Positions 10,534 to 18,318 of a stretch of 32,000 nt of DNA are shown here, one piece after another (the first letter of the stretch is position 1; the number at the start of each line of letters is the position of its first letter). The stretch covers positions 58,058 to 90,057 of the forward strand of contig NZ_JBDVXF010000030.1 in the NCBI RefSeq assembly GCF_039964565.1. Reading direction: 5' to 3'. Both the position numbers and the translations under genes were made by a program. Under the pieces are notes generated by a model. The model saw only the letters and a program-made list of their open reading frames with translations, was not told the DNA's origin and made no database searches. This DNA comes from Paraglaciecola sp. GTDB lineage: Bacteria > Pseudomonadota > Gammaproteobacteria > Enterobacterales > Alteromonadaceae.

Positions 10534-13263
10534 ATGTTCCAAAGATCATTTTTTATTGGTGCTGTATTAAGTATTACGCTTATCGCAACACCTTTGGCTT
10601 TTGCTAAAGCAAAGCTGGAAAAAGTAACCGAAGTTGAGGGGATCAGTGAATATAATCTCGATAATGGTTTGCGTGTTTTATTATTCCCTGACCAAACTAA
10701 AGAAACTGTAACAGTCAACGTCACTTACCATGTAGGTTCAAAACATGAAAACTATGGTGAAACTGGCATGGCTCACTTGCTGGAACACTTAGTCTTTAAA
10801 GGTAGTCCAAAACATAAAGATATTCCGGCTGAGCTAAGTTCCCATGGTGCTCGCCCAAATGGCACCACATGGACAGATCGTACTAATTATTTTGAAACAT
10901 TTGCTGCCAATGAAAAAAATATCAATTGGGCTTTGAGTATGGAATCAGACCGAATGGTGAATTCTTTTATTGCCAAAGAAGATCTGGATAGTGAAATGAC
11001 AGTCGTCAGAAACGAATTTGAACGAGGTGAAAATAGTCCGTTTCGCATCACCTTACAAAAAATGGCTGCCTCAGCGTACATGTGGCACAACTATGGAAAA
11101 TCTACCATAGGTGCAAAAGCCGATTTAGAAAATGTGCCTATCGACAGACTAAAAGCCTTTTACAAAATGTATTACCAACCAGATAACGCAACGCTAATAG
11201 TCGCTGGTAAGTTTGTAGAGGAAGAGATGCTGGCATTAGTGCATAAGTATTTTGCACCTATTCCAAAACCAGACAGAGTATTAAGACCCTTATACACAGC
11301 CGAGCCAGCACAAGATGGTGAAAAAAGTGTGACCATAAGACGAGTCGGCGACGTTCAAATGACAGGCGCGGCATATCATATCCCTGCAGGGTCTCATGAA
11401 GATTACGCTGCCATTGACGTACTGAGTCAAATTTTGGGTGATACCCCTAGTGGGCGCTTACATAAAGCCTTAGTGGAAGAAAAACTCGCCAGTCGAGTAT
11501 ATGGCTTTAACTTTCAATGGCAAGAGCCAGGTCTGGCCATTTATTTTGCCGAAGTGGATAAAAAAGCCGAGTTAAGCAAGGCATCTGACGCTTTGGTAGC
11601 GGTGCTTGAAGACTTAAATAGCCAACCCATTACCGATGTTGAAGTGCAACGAGCTAAACGTACATTGTTGAAAAATATCGAGTTATCTTTTAATTCATCA
11701 GAGCGCATTGCGTTAAATCTAAGCGAATGGTTAGGAATGGGGGATTGGCGTTTATACTTTCTACATCGTGACAGAATTGAGCAGGTTAAAACTGCAGACG
11801 TTCAGCGCGTAGCCAACAACTACTTACAACGCAATAATCGTACTGCTGGTCATTTTATTCCTACAGATACGCCTGATCGTGTTGAAATCCCCGCTGTTGC
11901 TAGTGTGAATGACATGGTCAAAGACTACACAGGTCGCGCAAAAATTGCCGCCGGTGAAGTATTCGAGCCCACTTTCGAAAACATTGACTCACGCACCGTT
12001 AACACTGAGTTAAGCAATGGCACTCAACTATCGTTATTGTCTAAAAAGACCCGTGGTGAATCTGTCGTGGCCTCCATAAAAATGAGTTTAGGGACTGAAA
12101 AAAGTTTGCAAGGCATCGGCCTTGTTGGCACTGCAACCAGTGCCATGCTGATGCGCGGTACTAGTGAATTATCTCGTCAAGAAATTAAGGACGAGTTTGA
12201 TAAGCTTAAAGCACAGGTACGTGTGGCAGGTGGCACAGATTGGTTAGTGGCTAATATCACTACGACAAAAGAAAACTTGTCGGCGGCACTGACACTTATG
12301 CACAAAGTATTGAGCGATCCTGGTTTTGATAAAACAGAGTTTGAACAATATAAATCAACCTTAAAAGTCGATATTGAAAAAAATCTACAAGATCCTCAGC
12401 GACTGGCGTTTAACGAATACGGTCGAAAACAAAATCCCTATAAAAAAGGTCATCCACATTATCAGCGTACTTTCCAAGAAAGTTTAGAGGGTTTAAATGC
12501 TCTTAAATTAACTGATTTGGCGGCTTTTCATCAGTCATTTTATGGCGGCAATCACATGAAAATTGGGGTTGTGGGAGATTTCGAACAGAACCAAATTAAA
12601 ACTGTGTTAGAAACCCTATTTGGCGATTGGCATGCGAAAAGTTCTTACGAACGCGTCCCAGACACGTACCAAAAAGTGACTGCCAGCCCTACCGATTTTG
12701 ATACTCCAGATAAAGAAAATGCCACTTTTGTGGCAGCCATTATGTTACCTGTTGGTGAAGACAGTGATGATGCACCCGCGTTAGAGTTAGGTAACTATAT
12801 TTTTGGTGGTGGTTTCTTAAATAGCCGTTTAGCCACAAGATTAAGGCAAAAAGACGGATTAAGTTATGGTGCGGGTTCGTTTATCAATATGAACCCAAGG
12901 GATCAGAAAGCCACTATGGGGGCTTATGCGATATGTGCACCACAAAACCTAAGCAAAGTCGAAAATGGCTTCAAGGAAGAGTTAATTCGTTTGTTGAAAG
13001 ATGGCTTTACTGATGAAGAAATTCAAAGCGCTAAATCTGGACTGTTGCAGGGTAAAAAAGTGAGTCGTGCACAAGACAGAGAGTTGGTAGGCACCTTACG
13101 TCGAAATTTAGCAGTCGACAGAACAATGCAATGGTATAAGGCTTATGGGGCAAAGCTAGAGGCGCTCACTGCTGAAGATGTTAATCGTGTCATGAATAAG
13201 TACCTTAAACTTGAAAACTTCTCAATTATTAAAGCTGGTGATATGAGTAAAGTGGAAGGTTAA
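10534..13263 (+). CDS. Secreted M16-family (pitrilysin/PqqL-like) zinc peptidase, two M16 units in one chain
   Basis: Signal peptide ending LAFAKA. Inverted zinc motif HLLEHLVFKG (HXXEH) and downstream NEFERGENSP (Glu ligand region). 909 aa. Confidence 0.9.
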   Translation: MFQRSFFIGAVLSITLIATPLAFAKAKLEKVTEVEGISEYNLDNGLRVLLFPDQTKETVTVNVTYHVGSKHENYGETGMAHLLEHLVFKGSPKHKDIPAELSSHGARPNGTTWTDRTNYFETFAANEKNINWALSMESDRMVNSFIAKEDLDSEMTVVRNEFERGENSPFRITLQKMAASAYMWHNYGKSTIGAKADLENVPIDRLKAFYKMYYQPDNATLIVAGKFVEEEMLALVHKYFAPIPKPDRVLRPLYTAEPAQDGEKSVTIRRVGDVQMTGAAYHIPAGSHEDYAAIDVLSQILGDTPSGRLHKALVEEKLASRVYGFNFQWQEPGLAIYFAEVDKKAELSKASDALVAVLEDLNSQPITDVEVQRAKRTLLKNIELSFNSSERIALNLSEWLGMGDWRLYFLHRDRIEQVKTADVQRVANNYLQRNNRTAGHFIPTDTPDRVEIPAVASVNDMVKDYTGRAKIAAGEVFEPTFENIDSRTVNTELSNGTQLSLLSKKTRGESVVASIKMSLGTEKSLQGIGLVGTATSAMLMRGTSELSRQEIKDEFDKLKAQVRVAGGTDWLVANITTTKENLSAALTLMHKVLSDPGFDKTEFEQYKSTLKVDIEKNLQDPQRLAFNEYGRKQNPYKKGHPHYQRTFQESLEGLNALKLTDLAAFHQSFYGGNHMKIGVVGDFEQNQIKTVLETLFGDWHAKSSYERVPDTYQKVTASPTDFDTPDKENATFVAAIMLPVGEDSDDAPALELGNYIFGGGFLNSRLATRLRQKDGLSYGAGSFINMNPRDQKATMGAYAICAPQNLSKVENGFKEELIRLLKDGFTDEEIQSAKSGLLQGKKVSRAQDRELVGTLRRNLAVDRTMQWYKAYGAKLEALTAEDVNRVMNKYLKLENFSIIKAGDMSKVEG

Positions 13264-13291
13264 TTTACTGAGACGCTAAAGAGTGAATTGT

Positions 13292-13325
13292 AAAGCGCCC
13301 ATTTTAATGGGCGCTTTTTTTATTT
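13292..13325. terminator. Bidirectional terminator between the M16 peptidase and OYE reductase genes
   Basis: aaagcgcccatt-tt-aatgggcgcttt is a near-perfect palindrome followed by a long T-run, and lies between convergent genes. Confidence 0.85.
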
Positions 13326-13333
13326 TTAAAGAC

Positions 13334-14437
13334 TTAAGACAAGCTAGATAAAGCTTCGCCTGAGTATTGTTCAAGTTTATCTATGTCACCTTGGCGAATT
13401 TTGTTGGCCCAGTTAGGATCTTGCAAAATAGCGCGTCCTACAGCGACTAAATCAAATTCACCTTTGTCTAGGCGTTCGATTAAATCGTCAATTGAACGTG
13501 TGCTAGATCCTTCGCCTGCAAACGCACCAAAGAAGTCACCATTTAGGCCTACAGAGCCAACTGTGATTGTCGGTTTGCCAATGAGTTTTTTGGTCCAGCC
13601 TGCGAGGTTTAAATCTGAACCTGCAAATTCTGGCTCCCAGTAACGTCTGGTTGAACAATGGAAAATATCAACACCTGCATCACTTAGTGGTGTTAAAAAC
13701 TCTTCTAATATTTGTGGTGTTTCTGCTAAACGTGCGGAATAGTCTTGTTGTTTCCATTGCGAGTAGCGTAAAACTATTGGGAAATCAGGGCCGGTTTTAG
13801 CGCGAATAGCTTTGACAATTTCTACTGCGAAACGCCCACGGTTTGCCATGCTGCCACCCCATTCGTCGGTGCGCAGATTAGTGCCACTCCAGAAAAACTG
13901 ATCCACCAAATAGCCGTGGGCGCCGTGGATTTCAATACCGTCAAAACCGATACGTTTGGCATCTGCAGCGGCGTCAGCAAAACCTTCAATTAACTGGTGA
14001 ATTTGCGCCACTGTTAAAGGTTCTGAAACCTGTTTTCCTGGCGCTAATAAACCTGATGGACCCACGCTAGGTAATTCAGGGTGGGGGGCTTTGCTTGGAT
14101 TACGCGCCATGCCAACGTGCCATAACTGAGGCATAATTTTGCCTCCAGCAGCGTGGACTTGTTGAACTACATTTTCCCAACCTGCTAACGGTTGTTGACC
14201 ATGTATTTGCGGAATCTTTCCGTCCATAGTGGCCACAGGATCATTAATCGTGGTGCCTTCGGTTATGATTAAACCTGTTCCACCTTCAGCGCGACGGCGA
14301 TAATAACCGGCTACATCTTCAGTTGGAATGCCATCTGGAGAGAAGCTACGTGTCATAGGTGCCATGGCTATTCTGTTTTTAAGTGACAAGCTTTTTAAAC
14401 TAAAAGGCTTAAAAAGTGAGTCTACATTCTTACTCAT
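13334..14437 (-). CDS. Old Yellow Enzyme-family NAD(P)H:flavin oxidoreductase / alkene reductase
   Basis: LKNRIAMAPMTR, GLIITEGT, QLWHVG, GFDGIEIHGAHGYLVDQF and RTDEWGGS are canonical OYE blocks. 367 aa. Confidence 0.85.
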   Translation of the reverse strand: MSKNVDSLFKPFSLKSLSLKNRIAMAPMTRSFSPDGIPTEDVAGYYRRRAEGGTGLIITEGTTINDPVATMDGKIPQIHGQQPLAGWENVVQQVHAAGGKIMPQLWHVGMARNPSKAPHPELPSVGPSGLLAPGKQVSEPLTVAQIHQLIEGFADAAADAKRIGFDGIEIHGAHGYLVDQFFWSGTNLRTDEWGGSMANRGRFAVEIVKAIRAKTGPDFPIVLRYSQWKQQDYSARLAETPQILEEFLTPLSDAGVDIFHCSTRRYWEPEFAGSDLNLAGWTKKLIGKPTITVGSVGLNGDFFGAFAGEGSSTRSIDDLIERLDKGEFDLVAVGRAILQDPNWANKIRQGDIDKLEQYSGEALSSLS

Positions 14438-14514
14438 TTAGGTTTCCTTAAATTGACTGAGGTTCACATAACAGTTGGTTTTGCCGCGTCTAAACGATTG
14501 AAAACCAGTACTGC

Positions 14515-14814
14515 TTAAGAATCGTTATTTGGGGTGTTTTTAGTGAGGTCAGGCCACACGAATTTTTCAATTGACTGTTCAGGTGCGTCGTTGGATGAAT
14601 TGTGAACAGTGGTCAAATATAACTGTTCGACTTTTTCTCTGGCCCAAGGGGTTTTGCGTAAAAACTTCAAGCTCGATTTAATGGAAGGGTCTTTAGTAAA
14701 ACAATTTATTTTGACTTCTTGCCCCATTTTTTCAAAACCAAGTTGTTTCTCCAAGGTTTCAAGAATCGTTTGTAACGTTAGGCCGTGTAGAGGGTTGTTT
14801 TGTTGTTTAGTCAT
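14515..14814 (-). CDS. VF530/DUF2132-family small putative nucleic-acid-binding protein
   Basis: [25 protein letters not shown]...INCF...[25 protein letters not shown] matches my recollection of the VF530 (DUF2132) signature. The start lies 9 nt after the DUF62 stop. Confidence 0.7.
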   Translation of the reverse strand: MTKQQNNPLHGLTLQTILETLEKQLGFEKMGQEVKINCFTKDPSIKSSLKFLRKTPWAREKVEQLYLTTVHNSSNDAPEQSIEKFVWPDLTKNTPNNDS

Positions 14815-14823
14815 AAGTTTTCT

Positions 14824-15765
14824 TTACTCACTCGCCATTTTTCGAGCGATTTCTATGCGCCATTCACCACCTGCTTGGATATCGAATTTGGCAGCAAAGT
14901 TAGCTTGGTTCAGTGCTAAGGCTAAGTTTTCTAAGCTATTAACGTAAAGTAATGGCTGTCCTTCTTCGACACCTGCAAACGAGCGTTCAAAGCTGATTGG
15001 TCCAGACATAACGGTTTTATTACCTTTAGATATCTTAACCGTAAAGTTTTGCGAATACAGTGGCGCGTAGTGTTCGGATTGCGTCAGCGACAATAAAAAC
15101 GACATCGGAATATTGGTCCACACGTTACCATAAGCAGGATCCAAAATAGGTATTCCACCTACTAACGTATCTCCTTCGATGTGTGGTGTTTCAAAAGGAA
15201 TACTCAATACTTCAGGTTTAAGTTTTGGCCCTACTTGTTCAAAATTGATAGCACTTGCAGCTAAACGCGCACCTGTGTAGGCATAAACATCTCGGCCATG
15301 GAAAGTATGTGAGGCTTCGCTGCCAGCTAGGCGATTTACCTTCTCATCTATTTCACGTATTTCGGCAATACCTAACCTTTGAGCCACAAGGGTTAAGGTG
15401 CCATTGTCTGGCGTGACAAAGTAATGGTTACTTTGTGTTTTAAGTACAACTGATTTGCGATCACTGCCTACACCAGGATCAACAACAGAAACAAACACAG
15501 TATGTTGCGGCCAAAAGTCGGCAACTGCATCTAACCTATATGCGCCTTCCCAAATATTGTATGCGGGAATATTGTGAGTAAGGTCTTCGACTTTTAAGTT
15601 TTTATCTACCCCTAAAGCAACGCCGTGCATGGCTGAAACTGCTTGGTCATTTAAACCGAAATCAGATTGAAAAACCACTATGCCGTTGCCACTTGCAAAG
15701 GCGAACTGAGAAACGTGTAAGGATAAGGTCACTACAATCAGGGAAATTATTTTATGAACTGACAT
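14824..15765 (-). CDS. DUF62-family SAM hydroxide adenosyltransferase / SAM-dependent halogenase-like enzyme, with an apparent N-terminal Sec signal peptide
   Basis: Family blocks: FQSDFGLND...AMHGV, VSVVDPGVGSDRK, FVTPDNGTLTL and HTFHGRDVYAYTGARLA. 26 extra N-terminal residues, MSVHKIISLIVVTLSLHVSQFAFA/SG, look like a signal peptide. An alternative GTG start at 15678 would remove it. Confidence 0.8.
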   Translation of the reverse strand: MSVHKIISLIVVTLSLHVSQFAFASGNGIVVFQSDFGLNDQAVSAMHGVALGVDKNLKVEDLTHNIPAYNIWEGAYRLDAVADFWPQHTVFVSVVDPGVGSDRKSVVLKTQSNHYFVTPDNGTLTLVAQRLGIAEIREIDEKVNRLAGSEASHTFHGRDVYAYTGARLAASAINFEQVGPKLKPEVLSIPFETPHIEGDTLVGGIPILDPAYGNVWTNIPMSFLLSLTQSEHYAPLYSQNFTVKISKGNKTVMSGPISFERSFAGVEEGQPLLYVNSLENLALALNQANFAAKFDIQAGGEWRIEIARKMASE

Positions 15766-15814
15766 AAGGTTCTCGTTTGTTTCAGTTGAATAAGTATTGT
15801 GTTCTGAAAAACAG

Positions 15815-15846
15815 TGAAAAAAAAGCCCTGATTAACAGGGCTTTTA
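15815..15846 (-). terminator. Rho-independent terminator of sodB
   Basis: aagccctg-attaa-cagggctt stem. The run of A on the plus strand gives a T-run after the hairpin on the minus strand. Confidence 0.85.
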
Positions 15847-15869
15847 TTTAATATTTTTATAGATAGCTA

Positions 15870-16451
15870 TTATGCGAAGTTTGCTGCTGCAAAATCCCAG
15901 TTAGCTAATGCCCAAAAACCTTCTAGGTATTTAGGACGCACGTTACGGTAATCAATGTAATAAGCGTGTTCCCATAAATCTACTGTAAGTAAAGGTGTTA
16001 AGCTTGCATCCGTTAAAGGTGTAGCTGCGTTGCTGGTGTTAACTATGTCTAAGCTGCCGTCAGCTGTTTTGACTAACCAAGTCCAGCTTGAACCAAAGTT
16101 GTTGACTGCTTTGTCGTTCAATGCCGCTTTGAAGTCTGCAAATGAGCCCCATTTAGCGTTAATTGCAGCTGCTAGAGCGCCCGTTGGTTCGCCGCCGCCA
16201 TTTGGGCTTAAGCTGTTCCAGTAAAATGTATGGTTCCAAATTTGTGCTGCATTGTTAAATACGCCGCCTTCAGAACTCTTAACGATTTCTTCAAGGCTTT
16301 TACTCGCCATGTCAGTACCTTCAACTAAACCATTTAATTTAGTTACATAGGTAGCATGGTGTTTACCGTAATGGTATTCCAAAGTTTCGGCAGAGATATG
16401 CGGTTCTAATGCGTTTTTTTCGTAAGGAAGAGCGGGTAATTCAAAAGCCAT
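15870..16451 (-). CDS. sodB: Iron superoxide dismutase
   Basis: [31 protein letters not shown] and [16 protein letters not shown] are canonical Fe/Mn-SOD motifs with Fe-type features. 193 aa. Confidence 0.95.
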   Translation of the reverse strand: MAFELPALPYEKNALEPHISAETLEYHYGKHHATYVTKLNGLVEGTDMASKSLEEIVKSSEGGVFNNAAQIWNHTFYWNSLSPNGGGEPTGALAAAINAKWGSFADFKAALNDKAVNNFGSSWTWLVKTADGSLDIVNTSNAATPLTDASLTPLLTVDLWEHAYYIDYRNVRPKYLEGFWALANWDFAAANFA

Positions 16452-16743
16452 GTTGTTTCTCCGTAAAGGGTGGGTGTATTTAAGTTCTGAATTGCTAAAT
16501 GCTAGTACTTTATATCGTAATGTAAAAGCACTGCTTTGTTATTTGTTAAAACTAAATTTTTGAATACACAGATATTGCGACTTGATATTGTTTTTCAAGG
16601 GTAAATTTAGATTATTCAACTAAATTAGAAATATCTAATTCACTAAAACAACCCAACAAAAATTCAGTAGAGTATTAATCATTAGTTGAAAACGTTAAAC
16701 TTGTCGCCAGATCACCAGTAACAAAATTTAAGAGAGAGCCGCT

Positions 16744-17085
16744 ATGGACACGATTGAAAAAATTAAACAACAAATTGAAGAAAACCCTATTCTTTTATAC
16801 ATGAAAGGCTCGCCTAAGTTACCTAACTGTGGTTTTTCGGCGCAGGCCACGCAGGCACTCATGTCTTGTGGTGAGCAATTCGCTTATGTTGATATTTTAC
16901 AAAACCCTGATATCCGCGCTGAATTACCTAAATACGCGGATTGGCCAACTTTTCCTCAGCTTTGGGTTGAAGGTGAGTTAATTGGCGGCTGTGACATTAT
17001 TATGGAAATGTCTCAACAAGGTGAGTTGCAAACATTAATCAAAGAATCCGCAGCCAAAAGAGCGAGTGAAAGTAGCGCTGAATAA
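16744..17085 (+). CDS. grxD: Monothiol glutaredoxin (Grx4/GrxD)
   Basis: CGFS active site within YMKGSPKLPNCGFS, and WPTFPQLWVEGELIGGCDI. 113 aa. Confidence 0.92.
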   Translation: MDTIEKIKQQIEENPILLYMKGSPKLPNCGFSAQATQALMSCGEQFAYVDILQNPDIRAELPKYADWPTFPQLWVEGELIGGCDIIMEMSQQGELQTLIKESAAKRASESSAE

Positions 17086-17101
17086 AAGCGATATCCAATA
17101 C

Positions 17102-17133
17102 AAAAATAGGGCGCTTTGCGCTCTATTTTTTTT
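17102..17133. terminator. Terminator after grxD (A-run / hairpin / T-run, potentially bidirectional)
   Basis: aaaaat-agggcgc-ttt-gcgctct-atttttttt forms a 7-bp stem including one G-U pair. Confidence 0.7.
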
Positions 17134-17163
17134 GTTGGAACGCCAGTCACTCTATTTAACATT

Positions 17164-17237
17164 GGATTCCCAATAAAAGCATTCGGGAATGACAAGGCGG
17201 GATTACTGTCATTCCGGCGGTCTTTTGGCCGGAATCC
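17164..17237 (+). repeat. REP-like palindromic intergenic element with mutually exclusive hairpins (ATTCC/GGAAT arms)
   Basis: H1: attccc (17166-71) pairs with gggaat (17185-90). H2: ggaatgaca (17186-94) pairs with tgtcattcc (17207-15). H3: attccggc (17211-18) pairs with gccggaat (17228-35). Outer arms: ggattcc (17164-70) and ggaatcc (17231-37). H2 excludes both H1 and H3. Confidence 0.5.
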
Positions 17238-17302
17238 ACTTTTATTATTTTTACATCAACTATTTATCAATCGAGTATTAAACGTTATCTTAACTGATCG
17301 GC

Positions 17303-17328
17303 ATTAGCGCAATGCGCTCTATTTTTAT
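17303..17328 (+). terminator. Second terminator-like hairpin, a near copy of the grxD terminator
   Basis: tagcgc-aat-gcgctcta-ttttt. It shares the 14-nt string tgcgctctattttt (17313-17326) with 17117-17130. The T-run is on the plus strand only. Confidence 0.45.
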
Positions 17329-17359
17329 ATGTCGACTAAAGCAAACTTGCCAGTATTTA

Positions 17360-18139
17360 CTATGACGTAGGTCCAGTAATGAGGTTTTCTACGTAGTTGG
17401 CTTTTTTCTCAGCGGCGGCCACTTTTTTGCGTAAATCATCAATTTGATTAGTTAAGTTATTATTTGCCAATGCGGTGGATATCAGCTTTTCACGCAAACT
17501 TGCAAGTTGTTGTTCTAAATCTGCATCCACATCACGCATTTGGCTAAATTGCTTATTTAACTGACTTAGTAAATTAGCCTGACTCTCTAATTGCTCTTTC
17601 ACTAAACCAATGCTGGTGTTGTTTTCGGCAGTATTGCTACTGAGTGTTTTTGCGCTTTTTTCGCTTTTGGCTTTTAATGTTTTAAGGGTTTTACCTAAAT
17701 CGCCAATTTCAGACTGGTTGCGTCGCCATGCTGACGCCCAAAGTTTGTCCATTTCTGACCACAAATGTTGAGTCTTTTCGCTTAGCTCAGATACTTTAAC
17801 TTGTAAGGCTGCAGCCGATTGATCCATGTCTTCGCCGGTAGCAGACAAACGATTTTCAAGCTCAGTAATACGGCTTTCAAGTTTTATATTGTTGCTTTGT
17901 GCTAGTTGCAACACTTGGTATTGTTTAAACGACCAGAAACTCGCCGCACCTACAATCATCAACAACAAAAACAAAAAAGCAAACCAAGAAGGGGAGTTTG
18001 ATGGTGCGCTCGGCTCATCCGGTTGCTTGCCTTTTTTAGCGCTTTTGTTGGTTGTTTGTGCTCGGGTACGATGAAAAGATTCTAAATCGTCTTTTTCTAG
18101 CCTAATTTTAGGCATGTCATCTAAAGGGTCGTTCGCCAT
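17360..18139 (-). CDS. Bitopic membrane protein with a long coiled-coil C-terminal domain, function unknown
   Basis: Charged N-terminus, one TM helix (WFAFLFLLLMIVGAASFW), then about 190 aa with heptad-like Leu/Gln/Glu/Lys periodicity. No motif recognised. Confidence 0.6.
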   Translation of the reverse strand: MANDPLDDMPKIRLEKDDLESFHRTRAQTTNKSAKKGKQPDEPSAPSNSPSWFAFLFLLLMIVGAASFWSFKQYQVLQLAQSNNIKLESRITELENRLSATGEDMDQSAAALQVKVSELSEKTQHLWSEMDKLWASAWRRNQSEIGDLGKTLKTLKAKSEKSAKTLSSNTAENNTSIGLVKEQLESQANLLSQLNKQFSQMRDVDADLEQQLASLREKLISTALANNNLTNQIDDLRKKVAAAEKKANYVENLITGPTS

Positions 18140-18263
18140 TATCTGTATTACTAGTGATTGGATATGCTACTGATTATACATAGCTATTTACATAATGGGA
18201 TAGGGGAATGTGGTTCCAATTAAAAATCAGATTATGAGCTGGTTTTTAACGGTCGTTTGGACC

Positions 18264-18294
18264 CTAAAAAGGGCTGATATATACCTATCAGCCC
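18264..18294 (-). terminator. Rho-independent terminator of the metallophosphoesterase gene
   Basis: gggctgata-tatacc-tatcagccc is a 9-bp stem. On the minus strand it is followed by ttttt. Confidence 0.75.
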
Positions 18295-18318
18295 AATCTA
18301 CATGCAGAAATACGAGTT

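Noticed and set aside
16623-16640. 18-bp palindrome aattaga-aata-tctaatt in the sodB-grxD divergent spacer as a regulator site
   Set aside because: The palindrome is real, but it lies in very AT-rich DNA where such symmetry arises easily. I cannot tie it to any known consensus (only a poor Fur/IscR resemblance).
17013-17307. ORFs 17013-17195 (minus) and 17116-17307 (plus) in the grxD downstream spacer
   Set aside because: They translate the palindromic ATTCC/GGAAT element and terminator hairpins. Such peptides (SFP.../SFRR...) are a known artefact of REP-like repeats.
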